This document shows, in pieces, positions 46,503 through 59,612 of a DNA stretch of 60,000 bases. The position numbers and the translations under genes were made by a program. This DNA is from Callorhinchus milii (lineage: Eukaryota): positions 1,800,001 to 1,860,000 of the forward strand of contig NW_024704742.1 of the NCBI RefSeq assembly GCF_018977255.1, given 5' to 3'. Below the pieces are notes generated by a model. The model ran no database searches, was not told the origin of the DNA, and was given only the letters and a program-made list of their open reading frames with translations. Every line of letters begins with the position of its first letter. Position 1 is the first letter of the stretch.

Positions 46503-47029
46503 AAAATCAAATGTAAATATTATTTTAATTGTTGTGGTTGACGTTGCTTCACTGAGCATCAACAGGCATCGAACCATGCTGCCCCCGAACTTGCAAATAC
46601 TTGACGCAGACGCTGGATGCCCTATAAATAGTAAACTGACCCATTTCTCACCGAGAGCCTTCCTCATTTTCACATCCACAGCATTCACCAACAAGAAAGT
46701 TTTAAAGGAAATAGGTTACCTCGTGTTAAGGGATATTAATTCTGAAGTTGCGAATCGTTTACCAGTAGCCTTGTTCTGGCCGGGCCACCCCTTAGGCTCT
46801 GCAAGCAGCATTATCAAGTTTTTGATTAAAACAGCATGCCAGACTTTCAGAGACGTGGCTTTGAAGGGCTGTGCGTGCTGTGTGCTGCCGGGGTCTGTGA
46901 AGGCTACCGCTGTAATCCCTTGCTGTGCTGCTCGAACCATTCTCACCCCCGTTCATAGCAGGTGTGAAAAGCAACGACTTGCACTGATATACTGCCTTCC
47001 TTCCCGGGGGTGGGGGTGGGGGGGGGGTG

Positions 47030-47215
47030 GTAACATCCTGAAGTGCCGTGTCCCACAAACAGCCAATTTTGAAAGTGAATTAACAATTTTATTTGGGGGA
47101 TTATTGGCCAGGACACCAGGAGAGATTCCACGCTTTGTCTTTGTCAGCGTCTTGGGACATCCTCCCCACGTGAAAGGCGCTATACAAATGTAATCTTGTT
47201 GTTGTTGTGGTGGTT
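47030..47215. mobile_element. Minus-strand SINE mid-fragment (47030-47128) abutting a plus-strand L2 tail (47140-47215)
   Basis: GTCCCACAAACAGCC...TTTATTTGGGGGATTATTGGCCAGGACACCAGGAG, then TTGGGACATCCTCCCCACGTGAAAGGCGCTATACAAATG..(TTG)n. Confidence 0.75.
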
Positions 47216-47944
47216 GTTCTTGTCTGATAGCGTGGCACTTTTCCTGTCCACCTGAACAGTCCGTTACAGCTGTGTAAAATAACTGACGGAGAGAGATAGA
47301 GAACTCCTTGCACTATCGAAATGTGCTTCCGATGTGATGACAATTCTTGCAATGTGATATCCTCGGATCCATGTGCGGTTGTGCAGAATTTTCTTTACAC
47401 TCGTGGCCGCTTAGATTTTTTTTTAAGAGAAATGCTGCACGATCTTAAATTTGAGCGCGATGAGTATAAGGTTATAACGTAATCGGTTTGGGCAGTCAAG
47501 AGGCGATACATTTTACTGGCAACCTGATTCCACTGACAGCAATTAATTACGCATCGTCAATGGGTGGTAAGGTTCTGTGCTGGGGTGCCTACCGAGTGAT
47601 TGAGTGACGGGTTTGGAACTTCCCCACAGACGTAGCAAAAGGAATGCTTTGTTTAGTGATCAGCACAAGATCGACCGCTGTGCATCAAACTCAGGAATAA
47701 GACAGGTATCACCAGGAGCACATCTCCAAAAGATCAAATGGGCAGAAGGGCTTTCTTCATCCAAAATGTTCTTGTGACAAGAACAGAAGCTACACCATTA
47801 CAGTACAGCAATGTCAGAATTGCCTTCTTTCAGATCAGATGTTAGAACCAGATGTTCTTCAGGTAAACCACCAAGATCGATTGAGCAATTCAAAAAGGGA
47901 AGGGATTTTATCCAGCTGTCCCAGTCAATAATACTGTCTTGTCC

Positions 47945-48473
47945 GTCTGGCTCAATTGGTAGCACTCTCGCTTCGAGTCAGACGGTTGGTTGTGGGTTCA
48001 CTTGGAACCCACAGAATCTACGCTGATATTTCAGTGCAAAGCTGGGGATGTGCTGAATTGTCAGAGGTCCCTCCCTTTCGATGAAATGTTAAATCAAGGT
48101 CCAATCTGCCTCTCCGGATGGATGTTAAAGATGGGAGTTTTCTCTCGGTGCCTTGGCCAGCAATCCCCCAAATAAAATGTGGGCGCTCCTGTTCCTGTTT
48201 GGGGGATCATTGCTGCGTGCAACGGTTATTATTAATCATTAATGTTTTTTTGTTATTGGTGCAGATTCGTTACTGGGTTCACCCAAAAAATGAACACAAT
48301 CACACCACTTTACACTGGTAATAATCCTGAGAATATATATAATATATATTATATATATGTCTTAAATATATGTCATATATATAACAGTGTATTCCGCGAA
48401 GCACTTTGAAACATCTCGAGGATGTGATGAGGTGCTACATCAATGCAAATATTATTATTATTATTATTATTAT
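47945..48473 (+). mobile_element. Deu-domain SINE, degenerate, with an AT-rich insertion
   Basis: CTGGCTCAATTGGTAGCACTCTCG head, TTTCGATGAAATGTTAAATCAAGGTCC core and an (ATT)n tail. Confidence 0.75.
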
Positions 48474-50359
48474 CCTCAAGATGAATTACACTTTCACTCG
48501 ACAGCTGTCTGTGGATCTTTGCAGTTGCATAATGGCTGCTGTGTTTGCTGACAAAAAAAAATCACTACACGTGACAGTAATTGCTACGTGGTGTGTTTTG
48601 AGTCATTTTGACATTATAGGTGCTTGAATCCTGATGATTTGTGTGCACTGGGTTTAGATTAATGGAACAAATTATAATGGGAAGGTTTTCAAATGATTTT
48701 ATTTTCTCTCGAGTGTTGCACAACAAGGTAACACTACCGAGAAGATTGCGTGCCCGTTTGAGCGAAAACAATGATCATGTTTAGGCGGAAATAAATGAAT
48801 GGAGATTGTATCACAACAAGAATATGCACAGGACTTCAGATTTTTGGTTTTAACTGAGAAATACCAGTGAAAAACACCGATATATAAAAAAGCAAATCAG
48901 TGTTTCTCTAATAAACACAGGAAAAATACGGAATACCTGTCCTGATATAACTCTGAGGTGAGGCTGTGTCTCTCTAATTTGCTTTTGGTGGTGCCCTGAT
49001 GGGCCAATTGCGCTTGCGTTCCTCTCGCTCTACGCCTCTCCCTCTCCTCCTCCGTGTGCACAGGCGTGTCTGGTTCAGCGAGTTTGAGAGGAGGGAGATG
49101 CCGTACGTCCACGAGAGTGCCTTTCTCCCTTTACATCTCAATCTTCTCATGACGGTAACCAAAAGCCCTGAATGCCCCCATATTTTGACGTCTACGTAGA
49201 ACTCAGATTACGTAAAAATAAACCCCGAAAGATGAAATTCGTAACACTGAAAAACAGAAACCTTATGTGTACAGCTCTGGCTGTGGTGTCAATGGTTCTC
49301 GCTGTCAATGCAATACAATACAATACAGATTTACATTACTATAGTGCCTTTCACATCGGGACAACATTCCAAGGAGCTGTTCAGTCCAGGGGAAAGATGG
49401 CTGAAAGCGCGGGCAAAGATCGATTAAGACATTGGTTTAGAGTGAAGAGCTAACGTTACAGGAATCAGGCTACTCCTGACGTCAGAATGGCACCATAGCC
49501 TTTGTAATAGGCAACTTGGGAGTTGAAAATAAATAAAAAGCAAAGAAATTTGACCGAGGGAGTGACTCACGGTTGTACGTTTTGTTTTAGTAAATACTTT
49601 AGCAGCATATTCCCCATTCTCCTATTCACCAGCACACTGTCTGAATGACGTTAGCACATGTCATGAGTTTCATGTTATTTCTCAACGCAATTTCTGTAAC
49701 GTGATACCAATGTGCACAAAAAACAGGTCTTCTGAGCATAACTCCAGCCCAATACCAGATTTATACCATCCTTTGTGAATGCAGACTGCAGTGCTCTATA
49801 CATTATAGCTATATCCTCCATGGCTCAAAAAAAGCCACCAGCAAAAGTGCACTCCATCCTCTGGGAAGTATATTTTGTGCCAGTAGAAAATAAATCTTTA
49901 ATTTATTTACGACAAAAAAGGTTTCCGTGTCGTACTTTAATTTCATGGGACTTTGTTTCGCTTGTTGCCTGTTCCATGCTGTTTTCACTCAATTTCAAGT
50001 ACTTGTACAGCAGTCAAGGGTATACAAGTGCTCAATGAGCAGAAACATATTAATGGTGCTTTTAATTTCACGGGACATTTTTTTCTCAGTTGCCAAAATT
50101 CAAATCTGCATGAAAGTGAAGAGTTTTACGTTGTGATGTGGAGATTCGGGGAGCACTACTTGTTTCCGCCTTCACGTGACGGGATTGATATATTTCTATT
50201 GTACCTGTAGGAAATGTCCACAAAATTACCGTGCGTCAAGCAGGGTTGTGAGAACTTCACCGCTGAGGGAAACTCGGGTCCAGGCTAAAGTCCCATGACT
50301 CTGAATGATGTACAGGCTGGAAATAACGCTGTGTTGCAGGCCCCTTTGCTGTCAGCCGC

Positions 50360-50567
50360 ACAGAAGTTTTGCCGGGAGAGCTCTTGAGCTCTTTTCGTTG
50401 TTGGTTTCAGAGGGAAGTTGACGGGTATATGAAAGTTCGAGGTTTGGAGGGGTATGGGGACAGGGCAGGGCAGTGAGATTGCATGAACAGCTTGCTCTGA
50501 GAGCTGGGTCGGACTCGCTGGGCCGAATAGCTCTCCTTCTGTGCTGCAAATTTCTGTGATTCTATAA
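50360..50567 (+). mobile_element. CR1-clade LINE 3' end (HER1/HE1-type tail)
   Basis: GGGTATGGGGACAGGGCAGGGCAGTG...GGACTCGCTGGGCCGAATAGCTCTCCTTCTGTGCTGCAAATTTCTGTGATTCTAT. Confidence 0.75.
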
Positions 50568-50659
50568 TGCAGTTGTTATTTATTCCAAAGAAATATGAAA
50601 GAGAGAGAGAGAGAGAGAGAGCAAACAGCGTATATTTACAGGATGTCACCAGGGATGAG

Positions 50660-50975
50660 TGGATACAGCTATCAGGAAAGTTTGGAAATGTGGAAGGTTT
50701 TCTCTGCAGAGTTGAGATGGTTGAGAGGAGTCCTGAGAGAGGTGTTTAAAGTTATGAAAGGATTCGATAAGGTGGATGATGACAGGCTATTTCCACTTGT
50801 TGGCGAGTCCAAAACTGGAGGGCATAAGTGTAAGATAGGCAAGAGCAGATCTAGTAGAGAAGTTCGCAGGAAATTCTTTACGCAGTGGGTGGTGAGAATG
50901 TGGGGCTTCAGAAGGAATAAAAACACTAGAGTGGACTAAGGGGCAAGTGTTTCCATGTGGTATCATTGTATGTAA
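50660..50975 (+). mobile_element. CR1-clade LINE ORF2 C-terminal fragment
   Basis: LRWLRGVLREVFKVMKGFDKVDDDRLFPLVGESKTGGHKCKI...VRRKFFTQWVVRMW matches the CR1 motif RRLRGDLIEVFK...TRGH...FFTQRVV..W. Confidence 0.9.
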
Positions 50976-51254
50976 CTCAATTTGTCATTCATGCTATATT
51001 ACACGGGAACAATCGGATTAGAGGAGACTGAAAATACCATTTTTGGATGATCTGCTACTCTAATGTTGTAATATTCTGAAGCTTGCTATCTTTCCTAACC
51101 CTCTGTAATCCTTGTCCACCATCATGTACTCCTAGGGTTGCACGCTTAATTTTGGTGAAATCAGCTAACCACATATCATTGCAATCATTGACTAATGAGC
51201 GATATAAATGGTAACTTTTTAAGGCACGACTTGCTTGAAATTATCAGCCAGATG

Positions 51255-51528
51255 TTAGCCTGGCTCACTGGATAGCACTTGCACTTCTGAGTCGCAAGGT
51301 TTGGGGTTCAAGAAAAGTGAGGGAGTTTTACCTGGTGTCATGGCCAACAGTCCCCCAAATAAAATTGGTCATTCATTTCATTTCTGGGACATTGTTGTGC
51401 GTAAATTGGCTGCCGCGTTTGCCAACAAATACCGGATCGTTCCGTTTCACAGTAATATCCTGTGAAGTGCCTTGAGGCATCTCGACAATGTGAGGCGGCA
51501 CTGTATCAAACGCAAGTATTATTATTTT
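51255..51528 (+). mobile_element. Deu-family SINE with most of the Deu core deleted
   Basis: The GCCTGGCTCACTGGATAGCACTTG...GGGGTTCAAG head joins directly to AGGGAGTTTTACCTGGTGTCATGGCCAAC, then the body and tail. Confidence 0.8.
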
Positions 51529-54239
51529 TAATCCCATTCCCTCCTGATAATGTTGACATCATCCACCTCTGCTGCTCGCTGTGCAATCCGTGAGCATGTA
51601 TTCATCTCATCCTTTTCCATTTGTCAATGTGAACATACCTCTCTCTGCCTTTCCTTCTCATATCTGTTGGCTTATGACCCTCGAGCTCAATGCTAATCAT
51701 TCTTCTTCGATTTATTCACCCATCCTCTCTCCGCCTCCTTTTCAGTCTCGGTTGTGTTCTGCAATATGGACCTTGGGCCTTCAACGACGTTTTTCAATTG
51801 TTAAAAAACAAAATCCAGATCCTCACCGTATTTTTTATATCAGTAAATAGTGCCTTTGAAAGAAAGGGAGTGCATACAGTTAATGGTGGTCAACAGCAAC
51901 AATGAAGGATTGGTATTTATTGAATCGCTCTGTACTGGAGGGGAAAGTAATATATTGCACCCATATTGTAACATTTAAAAGGCAATTTGATAAGCGTATG
52001 AAGAAACCACATCCTCCTGCCATGAAAGGCGCTAAATAAATGTGAATTGGTATTGCATTGAGAAACAATCCAAAAGGGTTTGGGAATAGAGCAGGAAGTA
52101 TTAGCATAATACAGCTCCCCATGGAGGAATGAGTACCAACATAGGCTCGATTCGTTGAATATGTTGTAATTTCTGTGATCCTATGCAGTACGTTCTGAAA
52201 ATCATGCAGCTCTTTACAATAAAGTCAAGGTCTGCTTTTTTAATGAAGATATACAAAACCCCAAAAGTAATGAGACATCGAGCAGCAGAACTGGGAACCT
52301 GGAGGATACAGTGGTGAAGCTGTCTGCACTGTGACAGGGCACAGAACTATTGCACGGACATGTCTTGAAAATTAATGGCCTGTAGAAAAGGCTTTAGGCA
52401 AAGGAAGCCTTCATGTAGTCCTAAATCCAACATTCTTTGTGTAAGCTGCATGCATTTTTATAATGTTACACACTTGCTCGGCACTGTGTGAGAGAGGGAG
52501 ATTTTATCAGCTGAGGCGATTTAGTAGATGTGGAGCAGGTTGACATCCATCTGGGTTTGCCATTCTTCTCTGAAGACCACTTGTTGATGGGCAGCAGAAC
52601 CAAGTGTCTGATGAGATTATTTTGGTTTCAGTCTTCCGTGTAAAACCGTGATTTGGTTTTTGCAGCATACAGTTTTATGAAGTCTTGTCTTTTTTTAAAA
52701 AATGCCAGGACTGAATTTATATTTTTCGTATCCTTTTTGTTCCAAAGGATTTTGATGCGCGGACTGAACAAAGTACCTGTGCTCTGTAGAAGGATGTGAG
52801 GAAAGCTTTTGAGACGAGCTATCAGTTAAGTTCAGATCTCGGGGTCAGACTTTGACTTTGGATAGCTCCACGTGTTCTCGTTGGATTCGAACCCAGGATT
52901 GATGAGAGGAAGAACTGCATCCTCTATCTGGGAGTGATGGGGAGATGCATCCTCTTTAAATATGCTGCACTGAATGTCTTGCGTTTGCAGAAGGATCTTG
53001 TCTTGTCAGGTTCCCGATATAAGTTCAAAAGGTTGTGGCTCAGGTCTCTTATCTTAAGTCAAACCAATTTATGAGGTTGCCTCGAAAGCTCACCTACACC
53101 AAAGAGCTGGAACTCAGCCCAACCCTGTGCGTGTGACTGGATTAATAATGGTTGAATGGTAAAATACAGTCGATAAGACCTCTCTACCTTTTTGTGTCGT
53201 TGAAATGTATATGAAACTGGAAAGCACTGGCATAGGAAACTGGAAAGTGCTCCCCCCCACCCACCCCTCCAATTTTATTATCGGGTTAAACCGATTGTGA
53301 GTTTACTGCATGCATCCAAAGAAAACCAGTGTGGAAGGGATTTGATTCACGGACCAGTGTCTCACTAGCAGCTTGCTTCAGTTTGATTTTAGTGCCTTTA
53401 ATTCGTCCTGTGTTGGAGCACTGCCTTATAGGATGGCAGGGGTTCAACGATCAGAGCTGGCGTGTGCTGATGTTAACGTGTGGCTCTGGTCTTTGGAGCT
53501 GGGACAACTATTCACGGTGAATTATTGAGGAGCGTCGAGGTAATTAAAAGCCACACCGTGAGCACGGGGTTGCTCTGGTTCGCTTTATGCCGTGGTAGAG
53601 CCCGGAACAAGTTCACTTCTATAACCTCGTTGCCAAGTATGCCAAGTGGGTTCTTTGGATTCAATTTTCCACTTTATGTATTCTGCATCTACACAAAATG
53701 AGCCAAATATTCAGCATGTTTAAACCACCCCGTCGCACTGCACTCCTCAGGTGCACTAAATTCAAAGCAAAACAAATTAACTTTCTGTCATTTGAATCAC
53801 TTACCCATCTGTTTACGGCGATTGCTGGATGTCACAACAGTTACCTAGTCTGTTCCTGCATGTTCTATTTGTCCTCCCAATACGTTACCTCGCACAGAAT
53901 TGTGCTGCGAAGGGTTGCAGGTACTTACTGTAAATAGCCTTTTATTTTCGTGAATTTTTTTTTGCATTGAATCAAGTGGATTCTATGTTTTTCAGGCGCT
54001 ACGCAATCCTCCAGAGGGTCAATCCAGGCTTTAGCGGTTTAGTTGTGTATATGCTTGCGTTGAGAGATCTTGGGACCCTGTTGCTTTTTTTCCTCGCCAA
54101 GCATTGGAGAGAGATCAGAGGCCACACCAGTGGCAATCTCCGATTGTCAGTACCTTCTTTGACCCTGATGTCCAAGCATGTGATATCTCTGCTGGTTGGT
54201 AATTTTTCTTGACCTCAGCTGTTTTCCGGAACAATCTTA

Positions 54240-54625
54240 TAACAACCCTTCATTTGCATTTGATATGGTGCCATGATGTTGCAACGTCTCCAAGTGTTTT
54301 GAAGTGAGTATTGAGTACAGCGACTGTAGACAAACACAGTGGCCATTTTCTGCACATAACGATGTCTCACAAGAAGCCCTGATGTGAATGATCTGTTTAC
54401 CTGGAGGACTGTTGGCCAATAGTCTTGTCTGATAGTTCCAGTGTTTTTTTTTAATGTATAATCGGAACAGTCAGATGAGGCTTTAGTTCAACATCTTGTG
54501 TGAAGGACAGGACCTCAATCAATGCAGCTTTCTTCGAACAACACACTGGAGTGCCAAGCTCAAACACAAGCTGAAAGTATGCGACGTGGGGTTAAAACAC
54601 ACAAGCTTCTGACTCATAAGTGAGA
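54240..54625 (-). mobile_element. Deu-domain SINE, old
   Basis: The reverse strand has a TGAGTCAGAAGCTTGTG head, GGCACTCCAGTG, ATTGGCCAACAGTCC and ATATCAAATGCAA near the tail. Confidence 0.65.
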
Positions 54626-55656
54626 CCCTGCCAAACTATTGCATTTTTTTTTGCATTGAGTTTTGGATTGTTCGTTGCCTTTTTTGTTCAAGATAAAAAG
54701 AGAAGTTCTACTTTACTCACCAGCCTGAAAAAGAAAAGAAACCAATGTGTAAATGTGGGATGGTGGAGGCAGCGGGGAGACCGAGAGAGTGGGAATCAGA
54801 TCTGAACAGCCAAAATATGGCTAGTGGGCTCAGCCCCTATGAGGCCTTCTTGCTTGGGTGGGGTAGGGGGATTTGATACACTGTAAAGTGCCACTAATAT
54901 AAAATTAAGCATACAAGAAGGAACTAGAGTAATTGCTTTATCGAGGCTGCATACAAAAAAATGGCCATCTGGTCAGGCCTTTTCTACTTGTGTCTTAGCA
55001 GGATGTAGCCAAGGAGATCGATGCAAAGAGCATTTTTAGTTTTAATGACCAATTTTACCTGTAAGGGATGCCATTACTGTATGTTAAGGCTTGCTTAGGA
55101 TTCTAATGCCCACATTTATCATTCTTGCCATGGTTTTTCCTCTTTCTTACCCCTCCCACGTCTCTGCACTTCCTAATGTTTGCGAGATATCCTAACCATA
55201 TGCTCCAATAAAACTGAAACGTTGCTGCAGTTGGCTTTGTTTATCTCGAATACCTTAACTATCTTTACGACGCGTGTAACCGGAGTGTTTTTGACTCGTA
55301 AAATGCTATTTGTCTTTCGAGGAACTCGCTGCCAGTTCAAAAAATATGAAGGCACTCGCTTGCACGTAACTTTGAATGGGCGTAAACATTGTTCTGGTGA
55401 TTGGAGTTTTTGGAGCAATGCAGAAACTAGAATGACATGCAATTGCATAAAATGTTACAGCACGGAAATGGGTCATGCCTCAATGCTCCACTTACAAAAT
55501 AATACTTATAAATAATAATAATAATATGTGGAAAAAGCGATTTCTAAATTTGTTTGGTCAGTCAAAGATGAGGACATCCCAAAGGTTCAGCCCCCGCCAA
55601 CCACCCGCCCCCCCCACCCCTCAACAAAGAACATTTTCAGCCACCGCCTATGTGGT

Positions 55657-56416
55657 TGGGTTGGTAGGGTTTGAGAGAGTCTCAGAGGTTACGGTGGGGC
55701 AATAGTGTGGAGACATTTAAAGGTATAATTTGCACTGTGTATTGTGGTCCATTTTGAAACACAAATTTACCAAGCTGCCACAAGCGTGGCAGCTTGGTTA
55801 CAACAACAACAACAACAACTTGCATGTATACAGCGGCCTTCACTCGGAGTTGGGGCGGGTTCTGACTCCGAGCCAGTGGGAGGGGGGGCAGGTTCCCCCT
55901 GAAGATCGTAAGCACGATCAAAAAGGAAGGTCTTTAGGGGGACTTTGAAGATGGGGCAGGGAAGGGGTCGAGATGTTGTTACATCGAACAAAAACCTCCG
56001 TAGCCTCTTTATTACTGAATTGATTGGATCTTTACCAGCATAAGGGACTAAGGCATAGGTTTCAGTGCACTGCTAATGCCAACATCAAACTTCCCCATCA
56101 AGGTGAAACTTTCCTATAAGGCAGCACTGATGTTACGGGCAGAATGGGCAGCGAGTGAATCAATACTTAACTGCAGGCTTTAAAATAACGTGCTATTCTT
56201 TTGAAGTGAGAGAGGGCCACCATGCAGAGCTAGACTTATTTGTTGTATTTGTTGTTTATTTACTTGTTTAACCGCGGAGCTTCCGGCACTTTGCTGCTGG
56301 GTTGGTAGAGTTTGAGAGCGCCTCAGAGGTCAAGGTGGGGCAAAAGTGTGGAGACACTTAAAAGGTATAATTTGCACTGCAGTGTGATCCATTTTTAAAC
56401 ACAAATTTACAAAGCT
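55657..56416 (+). repeat. Diverged ~120-bp direct repeat pair (55657-55776 and 56298-56416)
   Basis: Both copies read TGGGTTGGTAG.GTTTGAGAG...CTCAGAGGT...GGTGGGGCAA.AGTGTGGAGACA.TTAAA(A)GGTATAATTTGCACTG...TCCATTTT.AAACACAAATTTAC.AAGCT. Confidence 0.92.
55798..55985 (-). mobile_element. L2 LINE 3' end
   Basis: The reverse translation reads IFKVPLKTFLFDRAY, followed by a UTR and an ATGCAAG(TTG)n tail. Confidence 0.8.
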
Positions 56417-57344
56417 AGACAAATGGGAGAGGGAGAAAGAGCATCGTTCTTCTGGCATCGTGAATGCTGTGTAAGTCAGCGTTAGTGAATCCTGTGAACA
56501 TTCAAAGGTCCGGTCCATCATATTTTTTCTTTATTTGATTTCTGCGAAGACCAAAATCAGTGGAGTATGTTTGTTTAAAAACAGTGCTTCAGACACAATC
56601 CACATCCCCCTTTTTAGCCCAAGTTTAATATATTTTTTTCTGCGTTTATCTAAATGCCACTGAAGAGGGTTTTTGACTGTGACTTCCTCTCAGGCTCCTG
56701 TTCAATTTAGTCGTGAAATTAACTTAACTGCTGGGAGGTTTGTAAATTGGACAGTGGGGGGGTGGGGCACGATGGAGGAGAGAGTGAGAGATGGAGAACA
56801 GTCTAATCTTGTTTATTCTGAAAATATTCTGGTATTTTCATTTCCCTCCTGTCTCCCCAATTGGATCGCACTCAGCGTTTTACCTCATGGCTTGATGCTG
56901 CTAGCTCACCTCATGCCGTTGTAGTCTTGTACTCCGTTGCTGGCAAATGACTTTACAGCAAACAGCAATAATTACCCTGCTGTAGCCTGAACAGAAAGCC
57001 TGTCAAGACCACTGCACGTGAACACTGAAGTGTTAGTGGCTTCGTGCTGGTTGCCTGAGTGTCAACTGTCTCACTCATTTGAAGAATAACAGCAGGTCCG
57101 GGACAAGATCAGGCAAGGCTTCGATGCTTCCCACGGCCCAAAAGCCAGGTTAAGCTCACACATGAAGGGTACCTTGGAATTGCATGGGAAGAATTGTCAC
57201 GTGAACAAGGTGAAAGGAGGAAAACCTGCGCTTGTAGAGCCATGACCCCCGACCTCCACCACCACCAGGAGAAATTGTTATTTGAAAAGAAACTGCTTGC
57301 AGAAAATCAGCTATAAAAGATGTGTGCGTGTTGTTGGGTCAGGT

Positions 57345-57500
57345 TGTATCGAAAGAAACTATTCCTGGCCAGGGCCAAACCTTAGGCGAGTTTCCTTACA
57401 AGATATACAGTCAATTCACTTTACGGGACATTCTGTGCAGCGCTTTGAGTTGTCTCGGAGATGTGATAAGGCCCTATATCAAATGCAAGGATTATTATTA
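57345..57500 (+). mobile_element. tRNA-Ala-family SINE with a large internal deletion
   Basis: AAACCTTAGGCGAGTTTCCTTAC joins directly to ATATACAGTCAATTCACTTTAC...TATATCAAATGCAAGGATTATTATT. Confidence 0.75.
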
Positions 57501-57519
57501 TGTGTCAGCCTACCTCTGT

Positions 57520-57765
57520 TGGTATGTCTCTGTGTGTTGTGGGTTCAGGCTCCAAGTTGGGACTTGGAATCAACATAGTCCAGGCTGACACTCCAATACA
57601 GTGCCTGGGGCTGAGCTGCATTGCTTTAGGTTCCATCATTTAGATGAGATTTTAAACTCGTGTCCCTTCTGCCTGTCCAGGTGGGCGTTAAAGACCCCAT
57701 GGCACTCCTTGAAAAAAGCAAGGAAGTTTTTCTTGGTGCTCTGGTCAGCCCTGTTGGCCAAACTT
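57520..57765 (+). mobile_element. Deu-domain SINE (head and core)
   Basis: TTGTGGGTTCAGG...AGGCTGACACTCCAATACAGTG...AGGTGGGCGTTAAAGACCCCATGGCAC. Confidence 0.78.
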
Positions 57766-59364
57766 TCAGTGATGGCAAAAAAAAAATCACTTTCCAGATT
57801 TGTTTCCCTTCCTCATAATGAATATTGGCTGGAATTGGACTTTGTTGGTGTTCATTCTCTTCATTCTCAACTCTTTGGTGGTGATCACTGGGTGGCAGCA
57901 ACCGCTGCCCCTTCTCCCCCCCCCATTAAGTGCTTTGAAATGCTGAAATGCTACCCCATGTGAAGGAGTAGCATATGCAAGTTGCAACTGCGGAAGTTGT
58001 CGACCACTCAACTTGAGGGCGAGTCAATTATTACTACATAACAACAATAATAATCTTTGCATTTTGATATGACGCCTTGACGTGTCGTCGAGACATCTGA
58101 AATAACATTTTACTGCAAAGTGGTGTGACTGTCCGTTTTGTGAGCTAGTTGCCTTTCGAAAGCTAATAAGGATTTTGCCTCAACCATCGCTCCTGGCAGG
58201 GCATTCCATTTCCTAACCACTCTCACTGCGTGAGAAAACATCTCCAAACCTCTCCGATTGCTTGTTTGTTATCTTAAATTGATGCCCTCTAGTTTGCAAG
58301 AAAATAAAAGCTTGAGGAAATGGGATCCAAGTTTTTCAACTGCAGGGAGGATGAAAGCAATTATTAGCCTTGGACGGAGCGGGTATTAATACAAAACTAG
58401 CAAACCTCAAGCAAGACTTTAGATTAAGAGCAATGCTCTTTCCCACAGATTGTGAAATTGTAGAACTTACAAACCACTGAAGCAGTTGGTGCTGTTTTAA
58501 TTCGCACCTTTTTTTTTAAAGTAAAAAGAAAACCTGGGCGAAAATCTGCTCAGGGACAAGGTGGAAGGTGCATTCAGATGAAGAAAGATAGCGATAAACT
58601 GTGTTGAACATGAAGGTTCTCGGGCTAGTGAGATTATGGAAATGTCAAGCTCGGCATAGCAGGCAGTGAAGGATGAAATGTGTAATGTTAGATACGTGTT
58701 TGTCAGTTGTTAAGTTTGGAGGGAAGCAGGGAGGTCTTTGCAGGATCTTTCCTCGGGAGATTAAATAGGGTGGGTGGAATCCTTGATAGAACCGGCTGCT
58801 GGAACCTGATTGTGAGTGTTTTGCAATTGCATCAAAGTGCCTTTGTGTGGTGTAGTGGCTCACATTCTGCAGGTGTTAAATGCTGGGTAGCTTCAAATGC
58901 ATTTGCAGGATTTAGAGATGTATGGTTTCTTTTCAGAATCCAAACTTTGTAGCGCTTTTGAAATTCAAGACATTTCTCAGAAATCTGCCCTATAACAAGG
59001 GCGTAAATGCTAAGGCAACAGATTGTCGCCTGAATCACCTGCTTCATAACAATGCATCCTAGGGATCGCTTGTTTCCCCTGGGCCCCAGTACAAGCTAAC
59101 TGTGCAGTTTCATTAGGTTAATTGTCTTTGCAATAAACAAATAACATGAATCTGTTTCTAAATACTAAATTCTAAATTCTAATGGGAGTTCACTGCAGTA
59201 ATGAGATGTAAATCACTGTCATTATAAGATATTCTATGATATTTGTTTCCAATCTTATTCAAACGTGTGGGGTCGCAAAGTTAATTCTGTGGAATGTTTC
59301 CATGCTGCGTTGCTAGTCTGAATTAGACAGTCTCGAAAATATTCTTCTTTCAAAAGTGCTGAGG

Positions 59365-59612
59365 AAGGGTGGCGTTGTTCGAGGCTGCCATCCTTTGGAT
59401 GAGGACGTTAAACCAAGGTTCCTTCTGCCTGTATCCTGGCCTACAATACCTGTAATAAAATTGATCATTCGCTTCATGGCTGTTTGCGGGACACTGTTAG
59501 GTGCAAATTGGCTTTGCTTATAAATACAGTCACTACATTTTACATGATATCCTGTGAAATGCATTGAGACATCCTCCTGACAATAAAGAACGGTATACCA
59601 AATTAAGGATTT
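59365..59612 (+). mobile_element. Deu-domain SINE, partial
   Basis: CCTTTGGATGAGGACGTTAAACCAAGG...TAAAATTGATCATTCGCTTCATGGCTGTTTGCGGGACAC...TGTGAAATGCATTGAGACATCCTCCTGAC. Confidence 0.78.

Noticed and set aside
50360..50975. Apparently permuted CR1 (3' end placed before the ORF part)
   Set aside because: The second fragment has its own degenerate 3' tail remnant at ~50905-50975, so two independent tandem insertions explain it.
52725..52800. Candidate next CCSER1 exon after a pyrimidine tract and AG (also at ~53995)
   Set aside because: The phase 0 frame hits a stop within about 14 codons and does not resemble the expected S.DMSPASS-type peptide.
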